From: Craspedostauros australis
Taxonomy: Eukaryota
Assembly: GCA_030167865.1 (NCBI GenBank)
Contig: JALAGF010003286.1
Location: 1-64,000, forward strand
Reading direction: 5' to 3'
Length of the DNA: 64,000 nucleotides
Positions 21,727 through 33,316 of this stretch are shown here, in pieces. A program made the position numbers and the translations under genes. Position 1 is the first letter of the stretch; each line of letters opens with the position of its first letter. The notes beneath the pieces were generated by a model, which saw nothing but the letters and a program-made list of their open reading frames with translations, ran no database searches and had not been told where the DNA came from.

Positions 21727-22523
21727 GATCGTCTTGATGGTTCCTGCGGTGCACTGCCGATACTCGTACGACTATGGCGATGGTACGTGTCACTCGTCTC
21801 AGGGCAACAGGCACTGACCAGCTTTGGACTCTCTTGGAGGTACGGGTATGGTATGTTACGAGCTATTCGTGGTCGTACTCTGTCTGCTTTCTTCGGAGAT
21901 GGAGATCACGCTGTGTCACCCTCGATGACGCCAAGCGTGTTTTTGTGGCAGCGTGAACTTCGGTGATTGTTGATGGCCGACGGCTGGTGTGGATCATCGT
22001 GGAGAAACGCCTCCAAACGGCAGAACAGGAAGAATTGCGTGCAGAAGGTCGCGAAGTGCGAGGCGGGAGAAGATGACCTGTTGATGTTTTGAACGAGTCG
22101 TGGTTGTTGGCAGGTGGCACGGGTACTGGAATAGGCCCAATATGGAAGCACGACCAGCGCTTGTTCTTGTCGATGTCGTTGTGGACGTGTTCGTCTCCGA
22201 CCATGACCGATGAGACAACGCAACTCCCAACTGACGTGACCATGATGTGTTGTGCACAATGCCGATGCTCCATGCAACGGGAGAACCCAAAGTCCAACGA
22301 ATCGCACAACCACAATCATCGCAAATCCTTCATCTCAAGGAGCGGCTCATTGGCATGGCAGGCCTTGGTTCTCTGTTGATGCGGATGCGATCATCGTGAC
22401 TTGTCTCACCAATTCTCTTCTTTCGACAGCGGAACGACCAACTCGATCAAGCGCCGAACCTGTGCTCGTGCCAAAGCACACAACGCACACAACGCAAAGC
22501 CACCGGACGCTCAGACTTCAAGC

Positions 22524-24203
22524 ATGGTTGATGCTACAGCGACGCCCATGACCGAAACCAACAGCACAAGCAAGCGAGATCTCGCTGCTGGCAAAAGACG
22601 GGGCCAAAAGCGGTTGTCGGCACGTTCGCCATTCGTCGTGGCCCTCATCTCTTTCACTTGCGTCTCGTTGCTGTGCAACGTGTGGAGCCTCTCGCGGCTC
22701 TACGCCCAAACGGAGCCAGCAGATGGCGTCAACGAGATCCATTCTTTGGTCAATCGGTACGCGCAGCAAAGTGCGTCTAGTGGAAGGAATGCAACAATCA
22801 CACGACCTGCACCAGCACATCCTCCCACAATGCAGGAACAACGGTCGATGATAAATGACGAAAGCACGGCATGGAGGAAAGAGCAGCAGAATGCAGCTGC
22901 TGAATCGACACCAAAGAACTGGACGAAGCCGAAGCTCATCCTTCATCTCGGGCCAGCAAAGACGGCAACCACCACCTTGCAAATCGATCTCAGAGATCTC
23001 TTTGAAAACAGAAGGCTGCAACATGACAAGTACCTGTTCTGGGGCATCGGCTTTCTTCGCAGCGACTACAAACGCAGAACTCTTCGATCGTTTTACTCGA
23101 TGTGGAACAAGACTTGCATGCATGATGAATACGCAGACTATCTGCGAGAGAAACGACGGATACGACGTGAAAACCCTGACGCGCCACCTTTTCAATTCAA
23201 TGCAAAGGGACGGAAGGGACCAAACCCGTACTACCCGCCGTGCGCCAAATTTGCAATGAAGATAGTCGCGGCCATGAAGGAGGATAACGTATCCTTGATC
23301 TTGAGCAACGAAATGTTCTCCATGACGGAATACTTCGAACCTGGCGGCCTCTACCGAAATCCAATCTTCTTTGAGCACTTCAAGGATATCTGGGAAGGAT
23401 GGGACATCACCGTGGTCGTCACGTACCGGCGATTGGCGGAGTGGATGCTCAGCAGCATGAAGCAATTCAACATGGAGGACATACGGTACGGTCAAGAACC
23501 CTGCACCAAGTGGCCCCTTGACGGCGGCAAGATGCACAACGAGACATGGCCGAAGATAAAGGAATGGTTGGCGGCCAGCGCGGTATCTTCGGAGACCTAC
23601 AACCAGCAAATGACGCTGGCACACACATGGGTCTACCTCGATGGCATTATCCAGACTTGGAAGAATGCCGGCTTTCGCGTTCACGTCATGAACATGCATT
23701 CGAAACGCCAGATCACAAAGCAGCTCATGTGCGATTTCATTCCAGATGCTCCCGAATCCTGTGCCTTCTTGGAGAACCGAACCGAGGAGCCGCCACGCAA
23801 TGTGCGCAACATGGCATGGTTCGCATACAACGACATCGTGCACACGGCCGCGAAGCGCCATGTTATCCCCAGACCCATGCAGCTCGCGCGCTTCAAGCCC
23901 AAAATGACGGTCAAGCTGGCGCAGTATCACGAAGGCGTGCTGAATCAGACGTTCGCAGATTTTCCGCTGCTGTGTCCTGACGAGACGGAGGTCCAGCAGC
24001 TCCTCGATGCCTCGCTTGCCTTCGAACGGAAATGGATGCCAGAGTGGTCTGCCACGCCGGGTGTGGAGGAAGCGCATCGAGCGTCCTTCGACAAGATTGC
24101 TCACAAGAAGCGTGAGTTCTGCAAGGTGGACATGGATAGGTTGTTCCGCGGCGTCAAGTCGTGGAGAGGGTTGTTTGAGAGATTGAATCAGACATGGAGT
24201 TAA
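22524..24203 (+). CDS. Type II membrane protein with a P-loop sulfotransferase-like domain
   Basis: Basic N-terminus, then signal anchor PFVVALISFTCVSLLCNVWSL and a stem region. Motifs KLILHLGPAKTATTTLQ (5'-PSB-like), LILSNEMFS and VVVTYRRLAEWMLS (3'-PB-like). First ATG is 22524. Confidence 0.72.
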   Translation: MVDATATPMTETNSTSKRDLAAGKRRGQKRLSARSPFVVALISFTCVSLLCNVWSLSRLYAQTEPADGVNEIHSLVNRYAQQSASSGRNATITRPAPAHPPTMQEQRSMINDESTAWRKEQQNAAAESTPKNWTKPKLILHLGPAKTATTTLQIDLRDLFENRRLQHDKYLFWGIGFLRSDYKRRTLRSFYSMWNKTCMHDEYADYLREKRRIRRENPDAPPFQFNAKGRKGPNPYYPPCAKFAMKIVAAMKEDNVSLILSNEMFSMTEYFEPGGLYRNPIFFEHFKDIWEGWDITVVVTYRRLAEWMLSSMKQFNMEDIRYGQEPCTKWPLDGGKMHNETWPKIKEWLAASAVSSETYNQQMTLAHTWVYLDGIIQTWKNAGFRVHVMNMHSKRQITKQLMCDFIPDAPESCAFLENRTEEPPRNVRNMAWFAYNDIVHTAAKRHVIPRPMQLARFKPKMTVKLAQYHEGVLNQTFADFPLLCPDETEVQQLLDASLAFERKWMPEWSATPGVEEAHRASFDKIAHKKREFCKVDMDRLFRGVKSWRGLFERLNQTWS

Positions 24204-25900
24204 CGGCTTCGTAGACGTGGACATTGTAGTACTTGGTATCAATGTACCGTCAACGGAAGTGCCGCCACCACTTGGAGAGAGAGTGAGAATACGGGGGGAT
24301 TGGGAGGTGAAAAGGCCATGGTCTTGCCTCGATAGGCTACAAGGAGCTACAAATGTCTCTAGACTTATTTACTAGACAAGCGGGATTCTCGAATGACGAA
24401 ACGTGTATATTTGTCCTATGACATGTGTAGGATACTAAATGTTTATCAATGTATTTTTCACAAACAGACAGGCAGTTTGCCGGTTTCAATGCGATGGTTT
24501 TCAAACATCGATTCATCAGACAGACATACCCACAAACGGACGCATGCCAGACCTAGAGGTGTCCAAGAAACAGACTTCGCAACACGATGCCACAGACCTG
24601 CTGCGAGGCAGTGCGAGGCAGTGCGAGCCACCAGAGTGGATCATCCTTTGGCAGCAACACTCGGAGCCTGCATTATCTACTCTATCACCATTTCATTCTG
24701 TTGCTTTGACTTCAGTCGTTGGCCTCCACTCGGAACCATCAGTTTCTTCCGCTGTGGCAAACCTTCCCCATCTCAGTCTTGGCGAATGTTTGCCCCAATC
24801 TTCACCTTGGCAGGGATACACCCTTTCTGGAATAGTAACTCGTGGCAGCCATCTGCGTGCGATGCCGTTTCCCGCACAAAGCGGTTTGGGCCTCTCATTG
24901 ACATGGCACGGACTGATGCTGCCGATCTCGCGACGTTGTCGGAATCAACAGCCGAAGGCGCCAGCTTGTTACGGCTTCTGAAGTCTCGACCCGTTACGTT
25001 GCGACGAGAGCGCAGTTCCAATCATTGTGAAGACGTCTGTGGCTCGTGTGATCGGGGAGCTCATACGAGTTATGACAGATGGAAACCACACGACGATCGG
25101 ACCTGCTATCTACGAGCACTAGCACAAGGAAGTACATTCGTGACACGAGGCCAGCCCCGATCGTTCGGTTTGGGCGATGGGTCCAGCAGCAGCAAAATTG
25201 TTGCGAGAAATGAGCGAAGTGATGAAACTGCGCCAGACGATTGTTCTCGCCATTGCACTAATTGTATTGCCTCCGACATAGTCCTCGTGCGTTGGCAGAG
25301 GCGAACAAACACTCCACACACGCAGAACATGTCACGAAGTTTCACTCCTACTGCCAAGGGAGGCACATTTATTTTCTTGATCCGAAGATAGAACAGCCGA
25401 TGCATTTATCCGACGATCCTGTCGCGCTTCTTTGGATTCTGTGATTTTTCGTGCACAAATTACGCACCATTCTGCGATTCGCCACGTTCCTCTCCCTCAC
25501 ATTTTCATCCTCATCGAGCCCAACAACCGACCCAAGACACACCGGCGCTGCCAGCGTGTCAACATCACACAAAGAGGAACAAAAGCGCATAAGACCATCA
25601 CAACACGATCGCGTCGTCAAATTCAGCACCGACAGCTCCCAAACAAGGGACACACGAACAACAGGGGAGCATCAAATCGAAGCCGCAACCTCCAGGAGCA
25701 ATTCAATCACTCTGCAAAGCAAACAGGTGTGGACGCCAGTGGAATCTCAGCGTCTGTATTTGGATTGTACGACTATTACTTGTACCAGCATTTTAAAAGC
25801 ACACCTCCCGCCACGTCCTAATACCTTCTTCACACAACCACACTCTGACAACACCAACACCGACACCAGCACCAGCACTAGCATTGTTAGCATCAACGAG

Positions 25901-28900
25901 ATGAGTACAAGCACCAGCGCTGCCGCCAGCGAAGTATTTCTGCGTCTCGGGTCTCCTACCCAAGCGAGAAGCACGTACAAAAGCAAGCATGGCCCGCCAT
26001 TGAAGCCAATGGATGATGTGAGCACGAGCAATGATGGCTCGTCGGCTTGCGACGATCTGGATTTGTGCACTCCCGATCTGCCATTCCATAGAGTAGGCTT
26101 GGTCGGAAGAGACAAGGAGCTGCGATTGCTTCGGAATGCATTCAACACGACCTGCATGCAGGCGAATAGATGGCATTCATCCTGTCAACGTACTGGTGCG
26201 GATACGAGTGGCAGCAAATGGGATGGTCGTGAAAGCACTCTCTCAGCTGAAACTCAAATCAGCCCAGCAGCGCCAACACCTGAGAGCAACAACGATTCCA
26301 GCAACAAATGTACCGGCATCAGCAGCCAGACACGTCGAACGGAACCGTCCTCCAAGAGATCCCTCGTTCTCATCTCTGGTCATTCTGGGAGCGGAAAGAC
26401 GGCACTTGCGATGCAGGTGAAGCGTTTTGCGCAAGGTCACGGCGCCGCCTTTCCCAGCAATGGCATTGGCAGCAGCCAGCATCATCGTCCCTTCCACGGA
26501 TTCTTCGTGTCTGGCAAGTGCGAGATCTCCAGAATGAATGCTGAGCAGCCCTACGCTGGGATCAAGTTGGCATTGGCACATCTTTGCAATCAGATCCTAT
26601 GCCTGCCGCAAGATGAAGATGAAGACGAGGGCATCGCGACGTTCACAATGCCATCACTTGAGTCGACGAAAGCGAGCGAAGTCGCAATGCAACCGCCATC
26701 TACAGCTGCATCATCCACGTCGTCGTCAGAATCTTCGTCGTCATCCATGAGATCGCCATCGTCGTCGTCACTAAAGTCGCTACGGCAACCACAACCACAA
26801 CAGCAACCGGCAACACCCTCCGATGAAGATCCCAGGCATCTGTCTACCCTTCGGCGAGTACTGAAGAACGGAATGAACAGAGATGAGATCCAGGTCCTCT
26901 CCCATGTCATCCCGGATCTTCCTCGTGTAATCTACGGTCTGGACTACATCCGGCAAGCCCGTGGAAGTGGTCCGAAGGACGATGCCTCCATCATGAGCGC
27001 ATCCACCGGCATGTCTCACAGACGCAACAGGGCCAGGCCATGGAACAACGACCGCGTTGGATACCGCGCGCATGGCGATAGACTCAAATTCGCCATGCGA
27101 CGTTTCATTACGCTTATTTGCAACTACTGTCCCTTGATCTTCACCATCGACGATCTCCAATGGGCAGACAAGGCATCGTTAGACATCATGAAGGCATGGA
27201 TGCTAGATGGGAAGAACTCGTCGTTGATGATCATCGGATGCTACCGCTCCAACCTGCTGGAGGAGAATGGTGTTCTCAAGACCACGCTGACCTCGCTGGA
27301 TGAATCCAAACGGGAGCGATCCCTCCGCATCGTCAAGCTCTCTGTTCAGGATCTGGAGGCACATCATATCAATGAGCTGTTGTGCAGCCTATTGAGTGAT
27401 CGATCAGATCACCCAGGCACTCATGACGCTGATGATGATCTTGCGCTGGCCAGATCCAAGGAGGTGGATGTGCTCGCCAAGGTTGTGCATCGAAGGACCG
27501 CTGGCAATCCATTCTTTATTCAACGATTCCTGCGGTCTCTGGTGGATGAAAGGTTCCTCAAACCTCGTGAATGCAACTCGCAGATACACCCTATCTCCAC
27601 ATCCACATCGGCAATCATAGTCACAGGCACGTCACGGCCTAAATGGGCATGGGTATGGAGCGACAGCGAAATCCAAGCCAATTCACCAGTTGCTGGCAGC
27701 ATAATCGATCTGATGAAGGACAAGCTGCAGAAGATGCAGCACGCACGTCAGATTCTGCCCATCGCAGCGTGCTTGGGCGCATCGTTCTCCCACTCGACCA
27801 TCTGCATTGCGATGCGCGGGCTTTCCATCCATTCGGAGCATTCTACGTTCGTCCGCAAGGTGCTTGGTATCAACCGCTTTGTTTCGACGAAGCATATTCG
27901 CAAGATGCTCCGAGCATGCGAACGAGAAGGTCTGTTGGAAGGATCCACTGGCCCGGAACGATCGGATGATCAGCCGACAGACGCGGCCCACAAGACTGAG
28001 GCGGATACAAGGAACGCGGCAACAACAGCAACGCCAACAACAAGGAGAACATCGAAACCAAAGCATCCCGCCGTCTACAACTTCAGTCATGACAAGGTTC
28101 AGGAGGCAGCACTTGACATGGTGGACCCGCAGCAGTTGTCGGAGCTGAAGTACCGCGTGGGTGAGATTCTGCTGTTCGGGCTACCGGAAGACGAGCTCGA
28201 GCAACGAATCTTCATGATCGCCAACCTCGTCAACACGAGGCTCGACCTCGTCTCCGCCACGAAGGCCAGTGATCGCGTGAAACGCTCCGTGATGCTGAAC
28301 CTCAATGCCGGGACCAAGGCCGTGGGTTGCTCGGCATTCCAACTGGCATTCGGATACTTCCAAAATGCGATCAGTCTCCTTCCCGAAGATCACCGGCAGT
28401 CATTGCGAGAAGAAGCGATGGAGATTCATTCAGCTGCGGCTGAATGCGCATACGTAATCTCCAAATTCGATATGGCTCGCACGTACTGCAACGTGATCAT
28501 CGGAGCGAAATGCGACATCCTGGACAAAGTGGATGCCTACCACACCCTCATCGACGTGGCCCTAGCAGAGGCGCAGCATGACGCGCGCAAATCCAAAGCC
28601 CTGCAGCTTTGCTCGGAGATCCTGTTGCAGTTGGGATGCAAGCTCCCGAAGGCTGGAATCAAGCGCAGCTTGAGCGATGTCGCTGGCCTGATTCGGTGGA
28701 AGAACATGGCGCGCAGTCTGACAGCCAAGACGATCGACGACATGCCGTTGACCGAGGACAGGCGACAGCTTGCCATCATGAGAACATTGGACAAGCTTCT
28801 GCATGCGGCTTTCTACGCAGATCCTAATTCCGTCCCATCCGTGGCCCTTCAGATCCTTCGCCGGACCTTCAAGTATGGCCTTTCCGAGCACTCCTCATCG

Positions 28901-29959
28901 GCCTTTGTTACGCTAGGCCTGATCATGGGATTCTTCATGAACGACTCCGAAGCAGCAGAGAACTACGCACAGGCAGCCTTTGGAATTCTTCGCAAGATCG
29001 AGAACCCCGTCACCGAGGCCGACACGATCACCACATGCTACTCGACGATCAAGCACTGGAGGCAGCCGTTGGAGACGATTGTGGAACCACTGATGGAGGC
29101 ATACCGCATCGCGACGTCCACTGGCGACATGAGCTCCGCAGCATGGGACATCACGGTTTGTAGCTGGGCCCGCTTCACCATCGGCACTTCACTGCATCAG
29201 CTCGACGACGACAGCGTCACGCATTCGAAGGTCCTGTTGGACTTCCATCAGGCCTCGCAGTACGTGTTCTTCGCATCGTTGTGGCAGGCCATCCTGAATC
29301 TGCGTGGACTGTCTGAGCATCGGATCCTACTGATCGGTGATGCATTCGATGAGAGAAGCGATATGGACAATGGCGAGAACACGATGAGCGAGGTGTACCA
29401 ACGCTCCATCACCATGACCAAGACCATCCTCTGCAGCTTCTTTGGCGAATACGAAGAGGGCGCCAAACTCTCCGCACCCATCGTCGACCAGCACACCCAG
29501 GATAATGCCGGTTCCATCGGGTTGGCTCCAACCACGTTCTGCACCGCCCTGTGTTGCTTTGCGGCATCGCACACCACGACCACGACAACAGCGGCGAAGA
29601 GGCGCAAGTACCGAAAGGTCGCCAAGCGGTGCCTGCGACGACTCAAGGGATGGAACAAGCAGGGGCATCCCAACTGTCCGCACTACATCACAATACTCGA
29701 CGCCGAGCGCCAGTTTCTGCGTGGCAAGCACGAGAGCGCGGCAAAGTGTTATCGAATGGCGATCGGAAGTGCCGCAAAGCGCGGGTACATCCAGGACCAG
29801 GCCATGGCGAACGAACGTCTTGGCGATTGTTTGATGGATCATGATGAATTGAAGGAGGCGGTGCTTTGCTACGAGGAGGCGTTGCGATGGTATGCTGAGT
29901 GGGGAGCAACACGTAAGGTGAAGGATCTGAAGGCCAAGGTGCACGGCATCATTGGATAG
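25901..29959 (+). CDS. STAND-class AAA ATPase with C-terminal TPR/helical repeats, resembling the central module of bacterial and fungal multi-sensor kinases; single exon
   Basis: LVGRDKELRLL, Walker A LISGHSGSGKT, FFVSGK...QPY, Walker B IFTIDDLQWAD, IIGCYRSN, RRTAGNPFFI, YNFSHDKVQEAA, and C-terminal repeats ending AMANERLG...YAEWGATRKV. First ATG is 25901. Confidence 0.85.
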   Translation: MSTSTSAAASEVFLRLGSPTQARSTYKSKHGPPLKPMDDVSTSNDGSSACDDLDLCTPDLPFHRVGLVGRDKELRLLRNAFNTTCMQANRWHSSCQRTGADTSGSKWDGRESTLSAETQISPAAPTPESNNDSSNKCTGISSQTRRTEPSSKRSLVLISGHSGSGKTALAMQVKRFAQGHGAAFPSNGIGSSQHHRPFHGFFVSGKCEISRMNAEQPYAGIKLALAHLCNQILCLPQDEDEDEGIATFTMPSLESTKASEVAMQPPSTAASSTSSSESSSSSMRSPSSSSLKSLRQPQPQQQPATPSDEDPRHLSTLRRVLKNGMNRDEIQVLSHVIPDLPRVIYGLDYIRQARGSGPKDDASIMSASTGMSHRRNRARPWNNDRVGYRAHGDRLKFAMRRFITLICNYCPLIFTIDDLQWADKASLDIMKAWMLDGKNSSLMIIGCYRSNLLEENGVLKTTLTSLDESKRERSLRIVKLSVQDLEAHHINELLCSLLSDRSDHPGTHDADDDLALARSKEVDVLAKVVHRRTAGNPFFIQRFLRSLVDERFLKPRECNSQIHPISTSTSAIIVTGTSRPKWAWVWSDSEIQANSPVAGSIIDLMKDKLQKMQHARQILPIAACLGASFSHSTICIAMRGLSIHSEHSTFVRKVLGINRFVSTKHIRKMLRACEREGLLEGSTGPERSDDQPTDAAHKTEADTRNAATTATPTTRRTSKPKHPAVYNFSHDKVQEAALDMVDPQQLSELKYRVGEILLFGLPEDELEQRIFMIANLVNTRLDLVSATKASDRVKRSVMLNLNAGTKAVGCSAFQLAFGYFQNAISLLPEDHRQSLREEAMEIHSAAAECAYVISKFDMARTYCNVIIGAKCDILDKVDAYHTLIDVALAEAQHDARKSKALQLCSEILLQLGCKLPKAGIKRSLSDVAGLIRWKNMARSLTAKTIDDMPLTEDRRQLAIMRTLDKLLHAAFYADPNSVPSVALQILRRTFKYGLSEHSSSAFVTLGLIMGFFMNDSEAAENYAQAAFGILRKIENPVTEADTITTCYSTIKHWRQPLETIVEPLMEAYRIATSTGDMSSAAWDITVCSWARFTIGTSLHQLDDDSVTHSKVLLDFHQASQYVFFASLWQAILNLRGLSEHRILLIGDAFDERSDMDNGENTMSEVYQRSITMTKTILCSFFGEYEEGAKLSAPIVDQHTQDNAGSIGLAPTTFCTALCCFAASHTTTTTTAAKRRKYRKVAKRCLRRLKGWNKQGHPNCPHYITILDAERQFLRGKHESAAKCYRMAIGSAAKRGYIQDQAMANERLGDCLMDHDELKEAVLCYEEALRWYAEWGATRKVKDLKAKVHGIIG

Positions 29960-30170
29960 ACGCACGATGCATCTGATAGAGCATACAGTAGAAAATAGAG
30001 CAGCCGAGTATGGTGTGTAACCCGTTGTCAGAATACTCGTACTGTGTTCCATCACTGTACTCGTACGTACATACCTGAATAGCGGTGCTCTATTGCATTA
30101 GTGTTCGTAGTATGGACCATGCCATCATGCCACCGTACGACTATGAGTACGTACCATGATATAGCTCACT

Positions 30171-31574
30171 CTAAAGCAGCTTGGACGGAAAGCACGCCAA
30201 GGCATCGTCCTTTGCACACTCCACGTTGCTCTCCGTGTTGACCGCGATGCCTGATTTGTTGATATCGTTGCGTTGCGGCGTCTCATATCTCGCCACTGTG
30301 ACGGAAACGCCGCCGTTGCCATCCGACAGCTCGCGGATGGTCTGGATGATGCCCTTGCCATACGTCTGCTCTCCGACCACGGTGGCTCGGCTGTTCTCCT
30401 TGAGTGCCGCCGTGAAGACCTCCGCCGCGGACGCAGTGTTGTGATCTACCAAGATAAACAACGGCGTTTCGGTGTCCATCCCGTTTTGGAACGTCTCCTG
30501 CGCATCGACGACGCCTTTGTTGCTGACGATGTATACGACGGGCTTGTTGGCCTCCAGGAACAGGGACGCGGTCTCCACGCCGCCCGGCAACAGACCACCG
30601 GGGTTGCTGCGCAGATCGAAGACGACCTCCTTGGCACCCTTCGCCAGAAGGGAACTGTACTCCTCCTTGACGGTCTGCGCCGTCGTGCCCGAAAAGGACT
30701 TGATGCGGATGACGCCGACCTTGTTGTCAGCGATGTAGCTGCGAACGGTGGTGACCTTGATGGGCTGCCTCGTGAGGATGAAATCCACGAGCTCGCCATC
30801 ACGCTTGACCGTGACGCCCACGCGGCTGCCTTCGGGACCGCGCAGTTTCAACGCGACGTCCTCGGGTGTGGAGGAGAGATCGAATCTGGTGCCGTCACCC
30901 TCGTAGAAGATATCCTTGGGCATGAGCCCGGCACGTTGCGCGGGGCTGTTGGGCTCGACGTCCGACACGATGACCATGCCATCGCGGTTCGTGGCGATCT
31001 CCACGCCGACGCCCGCCAACGTTCCCGTCGCGGTGTCCACCAGGGTTTGGTACTTGGCGGGCGTGAGGTACTTGGTGTACTTGTCTCCCAGGGTGCCCAT
31101 CATTTGCGACAGGCTGTTCTGCGCTTCCGCCATGGATTTGTACTTTGTTTTGACGAGGTTCTGGCGGATCTGGAACCAATCCTGATTGTTGAAGGTGCGA
31201 TCGAGGAAGGTGGCGTCGATGGTCCTCCAGGCCTCCGCGACGAACTTCTGCTCCGGCGTGAGGGATCCGTAGGAAGCGGCCTGCGCAGGCGTCGCGATAG
31301 TGAAGACCGTCGCGATGGCCAACAACGCACTGAGCGTCATATTTCTAATGTTCTTGAATTGGCTGCTGAAATGCGCTGGATTTGCATCGGTGTCGGCATC
31401 CTCACCAACGTCTCTGCTGGATTGTGAAAGAGAGAGCGGCGACACGAACGCAGCGGCAGATGATGCACGTTCAGTGTAACGCAGTGCCGCCGATCTCGAT
31501 TGAAAAGCAGTGACGTTGTCGCTGAGCAGCACGGCCCCGAGGGCGATGGCCGTTGCGGATGATCCCAACTTCAT
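30171..31574 (-). CDS. ctpA: C-terminal processing peptidase (S41A, CtpA-like) with PDZ domain; predicted plastid thylakoid lumen
   Basis: LGDKYTKYL, PDZ GVGVEI...PNSPAQRAGL, VVFDLRSNPGGLL, catalytic NTASAAEV and GEQTYGKG. Presequence MKLG...NVTA-FQS plus lumenal signal RNMTLSALLAIATVFTIATPAQA. Confidence 0.9.
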   Translation of the reverse strand: MKLGSSATAIALGAVLLSDNVTAFQSRSAALRYTERASSAAAFVSPLSLSQSSRDVGEDADTDANPAHFSSQFKNIRNMTLSALLAIATVFTIATPAQAASYGSLTPEQKFVAEAWRTIDATFLDRTFNNQDWFQIRQNLVKTKYKSMAEAQNSLSQMMGTLGDKYTKYLTPAKYQTLVDTATGTLAGVGVEIATNRDGMVIVSDVEPNSPAQRAGLMPKDIFYEGDGTRFDLSSTPEDVALKLRGPEGSRVGVTVKRDGELVDFILTRQPIKVTTVRSYIADNKVGVIRIKSFSGTTAQTVKEEYSSLLAKGAKEVVFDLRSNPGGLLPGGVETASLFLEANKPVVYIVSNKGVVDAQETFQNGMDTETPLFILVDHNTASAAEVFTAALKENSRATVVGEQTYGKGIIQTIRELSDGNGGVSVTVARYETPQRNDINKSGIAVNTESNVECAKDDALACFPSKLL

Positions 31575-33107
31575 CTTGTGCTGATGCTCGTGCGGACACT
31601 CGCTCGGTTGGTCTCTATTGGTAGAGCGCGGATTACGATCTCGCCAGAGAGAGTATACAATTGTGATGCTGATGCCAACAAACCGAACGTTGTTGATGTG
31701 TTGTCTGGCTCTCTTGTGACACAAGATCGTGTTGTTGGCTGACACAGAGATCTGCCACACGACGTCACACGATGTCACATGTTGTCGTTCCAGGTGCGTT
31801 CGTTTGCGCCAAGCGCGGCCCAAAACACGAACGGACCCATTGTATCTTTTCGACCCACTCGACTGAATTCAAAGACATCAACACGAGAAAGGAAGGAACA
31901 AATGGGGACGTTGGGGGAAGGAAGCAGAGATGAAGAAGGCAAGCAAGCAATCAAACAAGGAGAGTGCCTGGAGAAAGAATTGCGAGATCCGAAATCTGAT
32001 GCGAGGCAGGAGGGTGACCTTGCATGCCTGGCAGAGTATGCAGTGGTTGTGCTCGACTCCATTTGAGTGAATTGATCGTAGCAGCGAACAGCCGGCTGAG
32101 ATGAGGTTGGACACATCAAGCATGCAGTCCTCCATCGACTTCGATCCGTCGCGTTGCTTCGAATGAATGCCGAGGAGCCATGGATGCGCTTGTTCGTGAG
32201 GACTTGGTCAAGTAGTTGGACTGTAATGCACATGAATGGGGTGCACGCTCTTGCGGCAAAATGAAGCAAGATTGTTGTACAGGACGATGAAACGAAACGA
32301 AGCGGCACGTGTTGCGGAAAGGAGATGCGGTATTGCGAGCGTTAAATCAACGATGAGAGTTAACGTATTCTGCTTGCTTTGGTGGTGAAGTGCTGTTGAG
32401 AATGTTGTGAACAATGACGATAGTTGTGCTGGCTCGGCACGCACACGTTCTTGTAAACTGAGCGAGCAACAAACTCGATAGACAAACGCATGTCACAACA
32501 TGTGATTGCCGCTAACTGGAGGTTAATTTTGAATTGATTCCCGATAATGAGCCATCCATCCGACACGCACGACAGTTTCACTTAGCCATCAATGGTAGAA
32601 TCAACGGTCGGAATTGTCGCAAAAGCGATGGAACACATGTTTGGCATCACGCATCCCGAACAATGCGCAACATGGTGGCACACTCCACAACAAATCAAGG
32701 TGCGACACAAACGTGAGAGCAACTTTGCGAGAAACAACGGCAACGAAATCCACACAACAGCATCAGGAACATCAACGACATCAACAACGAGAGACAAAGG
32801 GTGACAAACGGCGACAAAGCAACGAAGTACAGAGCGAAACGCGAATGGGCACAAGTGAAGAAGTTCAGAATTCCAATAGAGTGGAGATCATTGCTCCTGT
32901 TACATTCTTGCATCCACTGCCCTCATCACATTCCATCTCTCTTTGTCACGCTTCATCACACTCCGCCACGTTAAGGATCATCACACTTCATCTCAGCACA
33001 AGCAAGAGGGATAGACCCATCAACCCACAGACTGCTGAAGACCAAAAGATCTGTTGATTGCCTCACGTCATCTTTCAAGAGAAGGAATCGAGCAGAGGAG
33101 TAGAATA

Positions 33108-33156
33108 GTTCACTTGAGCAGAGTCGTTCACTTGGGCAGAGTCGTTCACTTGGGCA
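33108..33156. repeat. Tandem repeat of an 18-bp unit, about 2.7 copies (GTTCACTTG[A/G]GCAGAGTC), followed by an (AACG)n microsatellite at about 33174-33212
   Basis: Units read directly at 33108, 33126 and 33144. Confidence 0.85.
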
Positions 33157-33316
33157 ACCATTCAACGCATCGCAACGAACGAACGAACGAACGAACCAAC
33201 AAACGAACGAACCAAGGAAAGAAGTCAAAGCAAAGAAGTAGACAAAGTCAACAATCGCCAGAGGAACTTGCACAATACCATACGCGCAGAGCATCATAGC
33301 ACAGCATTCTATCACA

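Noticed and set aside
22518-24242. 574-aa antisense ORF overlapping the sulfotransferase-like gene
   Set aside because: It is a mirror frame of a codon-biased gene with no recognisable motifs. Similar shadows occur over ctpA, RMT2 and others.
24393-25391. 332-aa ORF upstream of the STAND ATPase
   Set aside because: Arg/Ser/Cys-rich, with no motif and without host-like codon use; probably non-coding, though it cannot be excluded without RNA data.
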